NCBI RefSeq assembly: GCF_006345805.1
Contig: NC_043013.1
Location: 9,982,001 to 10,046,000, forward strand
From: Octopus sinensis
Taxonomy: Eukaryota
Direction of reading: 5' to 3'
DNA: 64,000 nucleotides
Shown: positions 25,814-39,995 of the stretch, in pieces
Numbering within the stretch: position 1 is the stretch's first letter
How the letters are laid out: every line of letters begins with the position of its first letter
The notes under the pieces: model-generated
Told to the model about the DNA's origin: nothing
Databases searched by the model: none
Seen by the model: the letters and a program-made list of their open reading frames with translations, nothing else
Position numbers and translations under genes: made by a program

Positions 25814-26690
25814 TCAGGTTGTTCCGAAAATAATGGCCGCTCTCAGTGTTGTGTTTTGAAACGCAATTTCATCATAGTATTTTAATTATATTTTAGATGA
25901 ATTTCGACATGCTTAATAATTGATGTATACTCTTTAATAATTTTCTACTTATTTCAGACAGAAAACATTCTTGAAGCATAGGCACCCTTAATTATGAACA
26001 TGACAAAAAAAGGACCTTCGCTTACTTTTCTTGCATGAGTTCAAGCTTGGGAACGATGCCTTCCAAACGGCTGCCAATATCAACAGAGCGTGGGGAGAGG
26101 GGTCCACAAGTGATCACACTGTACAAACGCCGGTTCAGAAATTTCGTAGTAGTGATGACAGCCTTGAATATGAAGAAGGTAGAGGATGGTCATGCAGTCT
26201 TGACAATGAAAAATTGAAAGCAATTCTTGAACAAAACCCACGTCAAAGTGTCAGAGAAATGTCTCAGGCACTTATTGTCGATATTGCAACGGTCTCACGC
26301 AATCTGCAGAAGATTAGTAAGGTGAAGTGTGTTCGATGCTCTTTCTGCGAAACACCAATGATCCTTTTTTTTTTGACCGAATAGTCACAAGTGACGAAAA
26401 GTGGATCCTTTATGATAACCGTAAATGATTATGTCAGTGGCTTGATTGTGATGAGCATCTGCAAAAGATTATGACTGCTTACTGTAAGCCGATCAGCTTA
26501 CACTAAGTTAATCAGAGCATTACTACGGATGTTTACTGCAATCAACTCGCAGAAATGCATGCTCACATGTCAAAAATGAGACGTGCATTGGTGAATCGGC
26601 GTGGCTCAATTCTACTCCACGTTGCAAAAATTATGCTGCAGAAACTCACAAAGGTGGGATACGAGAATTTTTGAAGTGCAACCAACTGAG
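25814..26690 (+). mobile_element. Decayed, internally deleted mariner element (Hsmar1/cecropia-like transposase)
   Basis: TA|TCAGGTTG mariner-type 5' end at 25814. It encodes LHEFKLGNDAFQTAANINRAWGEGSTSDHTV...LDNEKLKAILEQNPRQSVREMSQAL...RNLQKISKVK, then DRIVTSDEKWILYDNRK* (first catalytic Asp motif) and TTDVYCNQLAEM...VNRRGSILLH. Frameshifts, stops and deletions are present. Confidence 0.9.
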
Positions 26691-27452
26691 ACAATGAATA
26701 TTATTTAACCATTTCGTACTTGGTTTGCCCCTATGTCTCCCCAACCAATGACTCCGCTTGACGAATCTACCCTGCTATTCTTCCAAATCACATGTTTGAT
26801 ATCGGAGATGTGATCTCTCATTGCGGAAGAGTAGCGTCTCGACCAGGAAAGATTCGCTGATTAGCGCTGATCCCCGAGTAACGCACTCTGTGGGGTATCT
26901 CGCAATTTCAGCGTAAAAGACACATATTATCTTTACAAAAGCAGTTTTAAAATAGTTATAAATTCTCTTGTAAGATTTTGAATAGTTAATATGTATGATC
27001 CATAGTCTAATTGTTAAAGTTTCAACTCACTCTTAGAGACTTGAATGACAAGCACATCATCCGATGAGAGTATATGTATGTGTATGTGCGAGAGAGAGAA
27101 TGTGTGTGAGACAGAAAGTGTGTGTCTGTCTGTGAGAGAGGGAGTGTGTGTGAGAGTGAGAGAGATAGAAAGAGAGCTTAGGTTGTGTGTGTGTGTGCGT
27201 GCGCGCGTATTATCTTTCTCTTAAACTTTTTGTCTGTTTCTTTCTCTCCTTTCGGAAGAAGTATATTGAGCTCAGATCTAAGAGGGAAGTTCTCCCTCCA
27301 CCAGGTCGAAACACACCCAACAGGCCGTATATCACGATAGTGTACCTACAACTTCACCAAGGAGTTAAGAGTTTATAGCATGGCTTATGCATGCACGAGA
27401 CCCTAGGCTTTTGAGGTGCTTTTCTTACTTTCTGTCGATTAGAAATAAAAAA

Positions 27453-27484
<32 letters not shown>

Positions 27485-27487
<3 letters not shown>

Positions 27488-27777
27488 TGTTAGTATATAT
27501 CGCTGTAATGTTTGCACATACAGACTCACACACACACGTGTATATATGAGAAGTCTCTAAATTTTCACTACACACCATGAACCACGAAGAATGTTTCGTT
27601 TTATCGTTCCAAGTACAAACTGTTGGAGCCTTTCAAGCTAGAAATATATAACCTATCAACAATGATATACAATTAATGTCACGAGGTACTTAGAGCTGGT
27701 GTCTACTTTCGAGGTTCATGGAAATACCTAGGGGGGTCCGTTTTTGAAAATGCTGTTGTTGTTGTTGTTGTTGTTGC

Positions 27778-27817
<40 letters not shown>

Positions 27818-28224
27818 TTTATTTCTTTGTCCAACTCTTCGTTGAACGTGCGATCAAAAAATGTTTAGTTTAAGAATGGTTTCTTATTGTACTTCTTTAG
27901 CTATATATATTATATATATATATATATATATATGCGTGTTAGTATATATCGCTGTAATGTTTGCACATACAGACTCACACACACACGTGTATATATGAGA
28001 AGTCTCTAAATTTTCACTACACACCATGAACCACGAAGAATGTTTCGTTTTATCGTTCCAAGTACAAACTGTTGGAGCCTTTCAAGCTAGAAATATATAA
28101 CCTATCAACAATGATATACAATTAATGTCACGAGGTACTTAGAGCTGGTGTCTACTTTCGAGGTTCAATGGAAATACCTAGGGGGGTCCGTTTTTGAAAA
28201 TGCTGTTGTTGTTGTTGTTGTTGC

Positions 28225-28264
<40 letters not shown>

Positions 28265-28350
28265 TGTTTATTTCTTTGTCCAACTCTTCGTTGAACGTGC
28301 GATCAAAAAATGTTTAGTTTAAGAATGGTTTCTTATTGTACTTCTTTAGC
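27485..28350 (+). repeat. Tandem duplication, period 449 bp (27485-27901 and 27934-28350), bounded by (TA)n
   Basis: Near-identical copies differing by a 1-bp indel and microsatellite lengths. Confidence 0.95.
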
Positions 28351-28816
<466 letters not shown>

Positions 28817-29268
28817 GATAATGAATGTGGTGTATGTGTGTGTGTGTTTGAAAAACAATTTGAGTTTTGAAATGTCGTTTCGGGCTGGGGAGAGATATCT
28901 ATGTCTTAATAAATATTCTAACCATACTCGGAAGAGAAAAGGAAATGGAATATTTGTAACTTGAAATAACCCTCTTTTGTTTTAATGTTAGCCCGTGTTT
29001 AATACAGATTCTATATATTCTACGTTCTGCAAATGGTGGGGACGGGTGCCTATGCCTAGGTTATTAATCAATAATGACATAGACAAGAAGAATTTTAAGC
29101 AAACTGTGAATGAATATCATGGGGCGATAACACATCCTATTGCAAGCAACGGGATCACTGTGCGAGCGTTTGCCTGTATGTATGTATGTATGTATGTATG
29201 TATGTATGTATGTATGTATGTATGTATGCATGCATGTATATATGTATGCATGCATGTATATATGTATG

Positions 29269-29325
<57 letters not shown>

Positions 29326-29345
29326 ATATATATATTATATATATA

Positions 29346-29569
29346 GGCGAGCTGGCAGAAACGTTAGCACGCCGGGCGAAATGCTCAGCAGTATTTCGTC
29401 TGTCGCTACGTTGTAAGTTCAAATTCCGCCGAGGTCGACTTTGCATTTCATCATTTCGGGGTCGATAAATTAAGTACCAGTTACATACGGGGGTCGATGT
29501 AACCGACTTAATCCCTTTGTCTGTCCTTGTTTGACTCCTCTATGTTTAGCCCCTTGTGGGCAATAAAGA

Positions 29570-29571
<2 letters not shown>
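29346..29571 (+). mobile_element. SINE family A
   Basis: Same head, core and tail as 967-1194, flanked by (TA)n. Confidence 0.85.
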
Positions 29572-29637
<66 letters not shown>

Positions 29638-30611
29638 GTATATGGGGAAAAGCATGTGTGTAAGTGGCATGTGTTTGAAAGCATTCCACTGACCGTGTGC
29701 AAAATTCAAGACTTTCCATAAGTGTCACTAAAAGATGTAAGAGTTTCCTCGCATTCACTTATACTAAGAGACATAATACGAAGTCAGAGTTACTAAAGAG
29801 TTCTTTCAAAAACGCAAGAGTTAGTCTGATGATGAGGACGCCTCTGCAAAGACGCTCAAGGCTCCAGAAATAGCAGCCAAATTTTTCACGAAGATTAGAC
29901 CCTGACATATCTTAAGAAAGGAATAGTAGTTTAGATAATGTTATCTTAGAAAAACTATGTCTATGTAAAGAAAAAGAAAAATGACATGATGGTAAAACCG
30001 TAAGAGTTAATCTATTATGTCTGATGTTCTAGCTCACAACAACAACACCAACAGCAACAGCCTTCTATAATGAGGCTTGATTCATACAGCAACACAAATG
30101 TAAGTTTGTATTGTCTACAAGAAAAATTCCTTGACACTTAAGTGCTTATACACTTATACAACATAGCTGGTCCTAACTATTTGGATTTTGTATGATTGGG
30201 CTATATACATCTCCGTCTGTATCCAATTCCAATTAGGTAGATTGCTTCATTAAGGGATCTATCTACTATGTAGATCTTACGTGTAAATATTTTTATGATT
30301 GTCATATATTAAATCCTCCGTTCTCCGTTTTATAGTATCAAAATGTCAGAAATATTTACTGCTATTAATATATTACAACATGCTAGTTTATATTTACCGA
30401 AAATATATTTCTTTCTTGCTTATAACAACAACTACTCCTCCATAAAGCAACGATATCTCGGTGTCTTTAATTGATAGGTCCGTTGTTCTTATTGTAATGG
30501 AAATGCTTCGGTGCGCTGGTAATAGTTAAACACTTCTATCATGCCAATGGTTGTCTATAGCGAGGGCAGGTATTTTCAAACATTTAAGTTTAAGTCTTCG
30601 GTTTTAGAATC

Positions 30612-31023
30612 GGCGAGCTGGCAGAAACTTTAGGACGCCGGTCGAAATGCTTAGCGGTATTTTGCCTGCCGCTACGTTCTGAGTTCAAATTCCTCCGAGG
30701 TCGACCTTGCCTTTCATCCTTTCGGGGTCGATTAAATAAGTACCACTTAAGCACTGGGGTCAATGTAATCGAGTTAATCCCTTTGTCTGTCCTTGTTTGT
30801 CCTCTCTGTGTTTAGCCCCTTGTGGGTAGTAAAGAAATAGGTATTTCGTCTGCCGTTACGTTTTGAGTTCAAATTCCGCCGAGGTCGACTTTGCCTTTCA
30901 TCCTTTCGGGGTCGATAAATTAAATACCAATTACGCACTAGGGTCGATATAATCGACTTAATCCGTTTGTCTGTCCTTGTTTTCCCCTTTTATGTTTAGC
31001 CCCTTGTGGGCAAAACAGAAATA
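30612..31023 (+). mobile_element. Head-to-tail dimer of SINE family A
   Basis: A full unit is followed at ...gtagtaaagaaata|ggtatttcgtctgccg by a 5'-truncated second unit. Confidence 0.85.
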
Positions 31024-31744
31024 AGAATAACACTCACCCATATCTAACTGCAAAACAGAATATGAATGTTTTCCTTCCTCCTGTACCTAATCAATAATAT
31101 CATCAGTAGATGCAACTGAACTGGACAATAGACCATACAATCTTCACCAAAAGTTGTATTTATTACGACTAAAACTCTTCAAGATATTGTTCTAGCATGG
31201 CCACTGAACCAATGAAAAAGTAAAAGATTGATTTAAAAGCGAAATATTGAATACTGGAGTCTCAGAAATATTTCTTGAAAAGGCTGTAAAATCAGGATCA
31301 AAATGCCTTTGACTGATCAGTACTGATTCGGGTCTAACAATAGTAACAAGTATTTTATCGAAACAAAACAAAACCTTGGTATTTATAAAAGTGTACCTTC
31401 ATTATGCTCAAGGATGGGTCGGAGGAAACTTGTCTGTTGCTCTATAGTTATACTCCCTCACACCACAAACACTTTCTTTTACTGTGGTTACTTCGAAATT
31501 TTGTGGTAACATCGGATATATGTGTGTGTGTGTGTATGGTAAATGAAAGACGGAAGATGGAATATACGAGAATTTATTATTAATCAGGAGAATTATTTAA
31601 TTGATAGGTCTGATGTTCTAATTCTAGTGGAAATGCTTCGGTTCTCTGGTAATCATTAAAAGAATACGTCACTCGGTTTGATACATCTATCATCTTCATC
31701 ATCATCATCAACATCAACATCATCATCATCATCATCCTAAAGGT

Positions 31745-31951
31745 GGTGAGTTGGCAGACTCGTTCCCACGTCAAGCAAAATTCTTACTGTCTTTTCGTTC
31801 GTCTTTGCTTTCCGAGTTCAAATTCCGCCGACGTCAACTCTACCGGTCATATTTTCGGGCCCGATAAAATAAGTACCAGTTGAGAAAGGGATTGATGTAA
31901 TCAACTTAACCCTGCCCTCAAAACTGCTCGCCATGTGCCAAAACTTGAAAT
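31745..31951 (+). mobile_element. Old diverged SINE family A copy with alternative tail
   Basis: gagttcaaattccgccgacgtcaac...ccgataaaataagtaccagttg...ccatgtgccaaaacttgaaa. Confidence 0.6.
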
Positions 31952-32378
31952 CGTCATCATTACATTATTTACATTTGACGAATATTTGTCCTCATCATGT
32001 GTTTTGTTAACACAACGTTTCGGCTGATATAGCCTCCAGCCTTTATCCGTCAAATGTAAATAATGTAGACAATGTAAATATGTACATAATTCATCATCTC
32101 TTAAATATCATCATTTATTTTATTTTATTTTATTTTTATTTTATCTAGTTTCAGCTCACGAGCTGTGGCCATGCTGAGGCACCGCCACCATCATTATTAT
32201 TATCAATATTTATTCTATTATTATTATTATTATTATTATTATCGTAATTATCATTATATGAAAAACCATGATTAAAAACTATACGTGAACACATATGTCT
32301 GTGTATATGCATGTATATATGTAAGTGTGTGTATGTAATTTCTAATTATCCCTCATCTCCTAAATGATATGTAATTTC

Positions 32379-32410
32379 GCTAATATTTTCTCTCCGTTTC
32401 TCTTCCACAG
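32379..32410 (+). promoter_or_regulatory. 3' splice acceptor of the Post2 homeobox exon (branch point, polypyrimidine tract, CAG)
   Basis: gCTAAT branch-like motif at 32379-32384, then ttttctctccgtttctcttcca and CAG ending at 32410, immediately before the homeobox frame. Confidence 0.85.
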
Positions 32411-32652
32411 AAACGAAAGGTCGGAAGAAACGCAAACCTTACACACGATATCAGACGATGGTATTAGAAAACGAATTCTTAAACAGTTCTTACATAACGC
32501 GCCAAAAACGGTGGGAAATTTCCTGTAAGTTACAATTGACTGAAAGGCAAGTAAAAGTCTGGTTTCAAAACAGACGCATGAAACGTAAGAAGCTCAATGA
32601 GCGTGCGAAAGCGCGGTTACGTGAAGACCAGGAGAATAAGGACCAAGCGTAA
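32411..32652 (+). CDS. Post2: Terminal exon of posterior Hox gene Post2 (Abd-B class); complete homeodomain at 32419-32598 plus short C-terminal tail; 5' exon(s) not found
   Basis: Translation from 32413: [79 protein letters not shown], stop TAA at 32650-32652. [29 protein letters not shown] and [14 protein letters not shown] are characteristic of lophotrochozoan Post2 rather than Post1. The exon starts with 2 nt (AA) completing a split codon, i.e. a phase-1 intron. Confidence 0.95.
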
Positions 32653-32949
32653 AGATATTTTTAGGCGGCGGGGGGAGTCACGAACGAACATCGATGACAT
32701 TATTGAAAGTTCTTACGAAACAAAGAGGAACTTTCTAATGTCACATATTCCAAATTTTTGCAATGATCAATTTCTGGCACGAATAAAATTTTTATGTGTG
32801 GATTCCTTACAGAAAAATTTACGATTCCAAGCATGAGAAGGAAATACGGATGAAATGAAACCAACAAAGGATTTTAACGGATAAACAGATAGAGAGTAAG
32901 AAAAGTTTGCAAGAGTGAGAGTAAGGGGAAGCGAGTGAGAAAAATATAC

Positions 32950-32991
<42 letters not shown>

Positions 32992-33041
32992 TATATATAT
33001 ACATATATATACATATATATACATATATATGTATGTATATA

Positions 33042-33100
<59 letters not shown>

Positions 33101-33190
33101 TTACTTACATATATATATATATATATATATATGTAATATATAGAGAGATAAATATATCTATATTACATATATGCATGTTTAATATATTTG

Positions 33191-33231
<41 letters not shown>

Positions 33232-34148
33232 AATGTATGTATGTATGTATGTATGTATATTTAATATATTTATCCAGGCAAAACATTGTGGATATCACAA
33301 AACAAGAAGTGAGGTCTATATTATAGAAAACAACATGGCTTATGCAATATGTTGTGGTGTGTGGTTTAATGTTCTTGGAAAGTCCTAAATTTTTTCTTCG
33401 GAAATTACGGAGCCAGGAAATGGTTTTTTTGCATCGGTTGACTCGAATTATCTAAACGCAAGGTCCATGTTTTCCTTTTTTTTGAGTTAGCCCCTTTTCA
33501 AAGTTGCTTGGTTGCTGGCGATTTGTGCAAGACTAGAGAAATGAAAGAACAAACAATATATGAACATATATAATAAACGAAAGAACGCAAGGACAATATA
33601 TAATTGAAATATTAACAAAATTAATAAAACGAATCCAAATAACTAAAATTACAACAACAACAACAACTAAAAGACGAAAAAGAAAACACAAACCAAATAT
33701 TAGTATAAAAACAACAACAAACAAATATAGGTTTACAAACTTTATTACTTTATTTACAAAATAGAGCGATGGATGTATCATAACGAATAGAGCGTGGGAC
33801 ACAATGTTTTGTGCGTCAACTTACGTCTCTTTACGTTTTGAGTAATCGAAATCCCGCCGAGGTTGACTTTGCCTTTCATCCTTCCGGGGTCGATAAATAA
33901 AGTACCAGTCAGGAACTGGGGTCAATTATTTTAATAATCGGCTATATGTCTTCAAAAAATATATAAGAAATCATTTTATTTATAAATATATTTGAACAAT
34001 GAATTTTTCTTTTCTCTTTTTCATACTTCTTTTATTTTAATTATATCTAAGGCTCTTTTATTCGGTGGTTGTTGCTATTGTTGTTGTTGTGAGGAATGTG
34101 TCCAATTTGGAGAACACTTGTGACAAGAGAGACGGAGCTATAGAAAGT

Positions 34149-34183
<35 letters not shown>

Positions 34184-34402
34184 TAATATTCGTAGTGTTT
34201 CCAATATAGAACTTCCAGAAAGGAAGAAAGAAAAAAGCGAAACGAAACCAGCCGCTTGACCCTGAAACATCCCCACCTCACAAACATCCTGCTCGAGAGA
34301 GGAATAACAATTCATATACAACATAAATTTAGGTTGTATTGAGAAAAAGAAAAGCCCCAGAGTGGCAAGAAAACTTTTTAAAAAACGGAACAAAAACGAG
34401 GT

Positions 34403-34427
34403 GTATGTATATATATATATAATATAT

Positions 34428-34460
<33 letters not shown>

Positions 34461-34775
34461 ATATGTGTATATGTATGTATATATGTGTATATATATATAT
34501 ATGTGTATATATATATATATACACATATATATATTTATATATATGCTATTGAAAAACAAACAAACCAAGAGTTGTGTGGAAAGGGGAAATAAAACACATT
34601 TATGCCCCATAACATAAAACTCGCAAAAAGAAGCTGAAAAGGAAGGGATAAATGAAATATCAGTAAATAAAAGGACAAAATCGGAAAGGAAACCATCACA
34701 GAATTACTTAAAGCATATATGGTATGTTATAAATTCATGATCTCCAGAAACAGTTCATCAACCAAAAGAGAAGAT

Positions 34776-34827
<52 letters not shown>

Positions 34828-34867
34828 TTCGTGTATGTCTAAATGGGTGGTTGTGCGTACGTATATA

Positions 34868-34900
<33 letters not shown>

Positions 34901-35143
34901 ACATATATGTGTATCTATATACGTGTGTTACGTATGTAGATATACAGTGTCAGTATGTATTTGCGAGTATGAGAATCATTCATATATATAATAATTTAAA
35001 TATTACACATTTAGAGAAAATGTCATTATATTGCCTCTGTATATTATGTCCCATTTTGTTCTTGTCCAGAGTTTCATTGCCTCGATTGTATCGAGTGTGT
35101 GTTTGTATCTATGTATGAGTATATATATATATATATAATATAT

Positions 35144-35176
<33 letters not shown>

Positions 35177-35491
35177 ATATGTGTATATGTATGTATATAT
35201 GTGTATATATATATATATGTGTATATATATATATATACACATATATATATTTATATATATGCTATTGAAAAACAAACAAACCAAGAGTTGTGTGGAAAGG
35301 GGAAATAAAACACATTTATGCCCCATAACATAAAACTCGCAAAAAGAAGCTGAAAAGGAAGGGATAAATGAAATATCAGTAAATAAAAGGACAAAATCGG
35401 AAAGGAAACCATCACAGAATTACTTAAAGCATATATGGTATGTTATAAATTCATGATCTCCAGAAACAGTTCATCAACCAAAAGAGAAGAT

Positions 35492-35541
<50 letters not shown>

Positions 35542-35581
35542 TTCGTGTATGTCTAAATGGGTGGTTGTGCGTACGTATATA

Positions 35582-35616
<35 letters not shown>

Positions 35617-35834
35617 ACATATATGTGTATCTATATACGTGTGTTACGTATGTAGATATACAGTGTCAGTATGTATTTGCGAGTATGAGAATCATTCATA
35701 TATATAATAATTTAAATATTACACATTTAGAGAAAATGTCATTATATTGCCTCTGTATATTATGTCCCATTTTGTTCTTGTCCAGAGTTTCATTGCCTCG
35801 ATTGTATCGAGTGTGTGTTTGTATCTATGTATGA
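34403..35834 (+). repeat. Tandem duplication, period 716 bp (34403-35118 and 35119-35834), downstream of the Post2 stop
   Basis: gctattgaaaaac at 34545 and 35261; the ends gtatctatgtatga at 35118 and 35834. Confidence 0.95.
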
Positions 35835-36307
35835 GTATATATATATATATATAATTATATATATATATATATAAACATACTCATATAACCGTAATATAAT
35901 TAAAGAACAACAGCAATGCTGACAATAACATTTAATAAATATATTATTATTGACAGAGAGAACTGATGGAAAGAAATTGCAGTTCGAAAACGAAAATTTA
36001 ATAAAAAGAAAATATTAAAAATTGCAAATTTAAAAAAAAAAAAGCGACAAAAACAATACAAAAAATATTGAGATTCATGTTTTCTCATTGTGTAAAAAGA
36101 AAAGAAAATTAAAATATGGAGAAAAGAAAACAAAAAAAGACATAAATGTAATATAAAAAGAATTCATTGAAAATATTATCAACAAAATCATGAATCTTCA
36201 TCAAAAAAGAGATTTTAGAGTAAATAATATTATTTCGGGTGTTGTTTCCGTTTAAATAAATATTCATGTAGCACTCACACATTCATTCATTTATCATTCT
36301 TGAAAGA

Positions 36308-36352
<45 letters not shown>

Positions 36353-36398
36353 AATTTTCATCAATGTTTATTTTGAAAATGACAAAATATTACATATA

Positions 36399-36446
<48 letters not shown>

Positions 36447-36450
36447 TGCA

Positions 36451-36504
<54 letters not shown>

Positions 36505-36767
36505 ATATATATATATGCACATAAACACATAAGTTATGTGTGTAAAAGAATAGAGACAAATGTTTAATTATGAAAAAAAAAACAAATGTGCGTATACATT
36601 TAAGTTTATACATTCATGTTTTTACATATATATGTCTGTGTATGTAGACATGTATGTGTGTCATTGTGTGTGTGTGTGTGTGTGTATGTGTGTGTGGATA
36701 TATAAATATACATATATATAATTTTTGTCTAGAAATGTTATATGTAAATGATATTTATACGTTACAT

Positions 36768-36821
<54 letters not shown>

Positions 36822-37973
36822 ATTATATGTATATATTGTAGTACGTGAGTGTCAATGCGTGTGGCTTTATGAGAAAGAGGGTGTGTGCATGTGTGTGTGT
36901 CGATGTGAGTGTTCTGTGTGTGTCAGAGAAAGAGGAACGAAAGACGAAAGACACTCATCTTAATAGCTGCTTGGCAGAACATTGGGAAAAAGAACTTTCC
37001 TATATATTCCTAGTTAAGTCCTTTACTTTTCTTCTTTGGATTTCTCATACAAAAAACGTTTTGTTCTTTCCAAATTACAAACGCTCGCTAGAATAGCACA
37101 CACACACACGCAGACATACCTTCATATTACGAAAAAGTCCGTGAATGATAAAAATGATATCGAAAATAAAATAGTTTTGTGTGAGTGGCAGAAACAATTT
37201 CGTGTGAGTGAATGAGAAACAGTAAAGAAAATATAAGCTAAGAGGTAAACACAAAAATTCTATGTATAAGAAGAAATACTCACGTTATGTCTCATCTTTA
37301 AATTTTATCTATATTATCATTATATACACACACACGTACACACCCTACACACGCGCACACACATAGACACGAATATGGATATATATATACATATATATAT
37401 CATATATAAAACGTACGTATTTGTGTGTGTTTTTGTGTGTATATATATAGATATGCATGTGCGTTTGGACATGTACAAATATAAATCTACACATTTGTCT
37501 ATATACATTTATACATATAAGATACGTGTACATACATGTATACATATATATATATACATACATATATATATAGATACATATATACACACACACATACACA
37601 TATATATATATATTACATATATGTATGCACGTCAATCTCTTTATCAACATATTTATTGACACAGTTCATTTCTTAATGTAAAGCTTTTTTTTTCCTTCTG
37701 AGAACATTTTAAATACTACTTTGGTATTTGCGTAATTATTTTTGTTATTATCATCATCATCATTAAAATCTCCAACAGATCTCCAAAATCTCTGCCACAT
37801 AAGAAACCCACTTCGCAACACAAGTAGATATACAAATAGTTTATATTTTTAGGACATTAATAACGCAGGTATTATTAATATAGTTCCGTTTATATGCATA
37901 TCTAAATAATTGTTTTTGTATGTATATAAATATATGTATATATATATATTCATGGGTATGTGCATTATGTGTT

Positions 37974-38020
<47 letters not shown>

Positions 38021-39629
38021 ATGCATATAAACATATGTATTTTAATTTATGTATGTAAATATATTTATGATTTCACATATGTATGTATGTATGTATATAT
38101 ATATATATATATATTATATTTGTATATGTATGTATATGTATACTATGAATGTTTGTATATATATATATATATATATTATATTTGTGTGTGTGTGTTTTTG
38201 ATTGTGTTGTATTTTGATAGGAATTACACTATACAAGGAAATAGAAAATAATAGACAACTATGTTATACCAGGTATATAAGAGGGGTAATGTGGTGTGAT
38301 TGTTTATTTGCATATGTAAATATAATGACACTAAGATGGAACTCGTACACTCATAATTACAAGGTTCACGATAGCAATTTTTAATCTATATAAATATAAA
38401 TATATATATAATGAATCTCATTTTTCTGACTATGTATATTCAGCTGCCATATTACCTTCAATACCTGGTTTATCAGATATGCGTAAGAGGTTTTTTTGAG
38501 TATCTTATAGGTGCGTGTACCTTTAATTCTTGGGTGTGGTAAGGCTGGATTCATCGGGTATGCATTCCACTCGATGGTTTCGTTCACAAAGCACTGGTCA
38601 ATTCGAGGCTACGGAAAATGATTCGTTCAAGATGCACCGCCGCGGAATAGGAACCAGGAACTTATGATTGCAAGTTCAAACTTCGCAAACACCTATGAAA
38701 TATAAAGTTAGATACTGTGGTTGTGTTTTACAATCTAATATAGAAACAATATATAATAGCGTTGAGTGTTTTAGACTCGAGTAATCCTTGTGTCGACCAA
38801 ACTATCATATGCTGTTATACACCGCTAGTCACAATGCGCTTATTTGTAGCGTTGTGGGCTTCAAATAATTCCACACCGCTGGCAAGGTTAGCAGCGCCAC
38901 GTTACTCTGCAGTACTCATGAGTTCAGCGCCTTAAGCAGCCGGCCATCATCTCTACACACTAATGTAATAATAGATATAATATTATGAAGATAAAATCAA
39001 ATCGTCATAATTACTGTTATATGTAATATTGTAATAATTATGGTGAAAATTTTATAATGAATACAAATATTACTAATAAAACTACACATGCTAGTAACAA
39101 ATAGTATTTTAACCATTGTGTAACTAATTGCATCTAACATGTAAAAATGCCACAGAAATAAGAATTATTTGTGCTAAGAGACATAAAAGATGGACAGGAA
39201 GCGATGCACGTATATATATGTACATACATACATGTATATGTACATACATACATATATATATATATACACACATACACACACATATATATATATATGCATA
39301 TACACATATGTATATATATACATATACATATATATACACGCACACACAGAAGTAAGCACATAAATGCAAATCAAGGTGGACAAAAATAGTACTTGAATTC
39401 CAAAAGTAGCGTAATATGCTTTTATTAAAGTAATAAAAATTTCACGAAACTGTTACTCAGTTTCATGTTCCCGTTCGTTCCCGTTCGTCGGACAATTCTG
39501 ATGAGTACAGTGGTATTCATCACAGCTTTCCGACGAACGGGAACTTCAAATTCTGTGTAACAGTTTCGTGAAACTTTTGCAGTTTTAATAGAAGCATATA
39601 TGTATACATATGTATGAATATATGCATCA

Positions 39630-39661
<32 letters not shown>

Positions 39662-39956
39662 CTCTCTATATATAGGCATTCATATTTATTCATACACACA
39701 CACACACACATATATAGAAAGGAAAGGAGATAGATACACATCCACATACATATGTCTATGTATATTGCTATGTGCCACATCAAATCTTGCGATGATGATA
39801 ATGACTAATAATAATAATAATAATAATATCATTATTATTGCAAATATTAATTTTACTCATTATGGTATTTAAAATACGTCGGCTGTCGTAGATCTCTTTG
39901 TTGTTTTGATCACGAATGCTCAAGCGATTATCAAGATATATATACATAAACACATA

Positions 39957-39995
<39 letters not shown>

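Noticed and set aside
24522-26690. Idea that the two mariner fragments are halves of one split element (the WVPHEL region is missing from the second)
   Set aside because: They overlap in the HTH region with clearly different sequences, so they are separate insertions.
39497-39525. CTGATGAG suggesting a hammerhead within the 39.4-kb hairpin
   Set aside because: No GAAA follows the putative stem II, and the motif is simply one arm of the palindrome.
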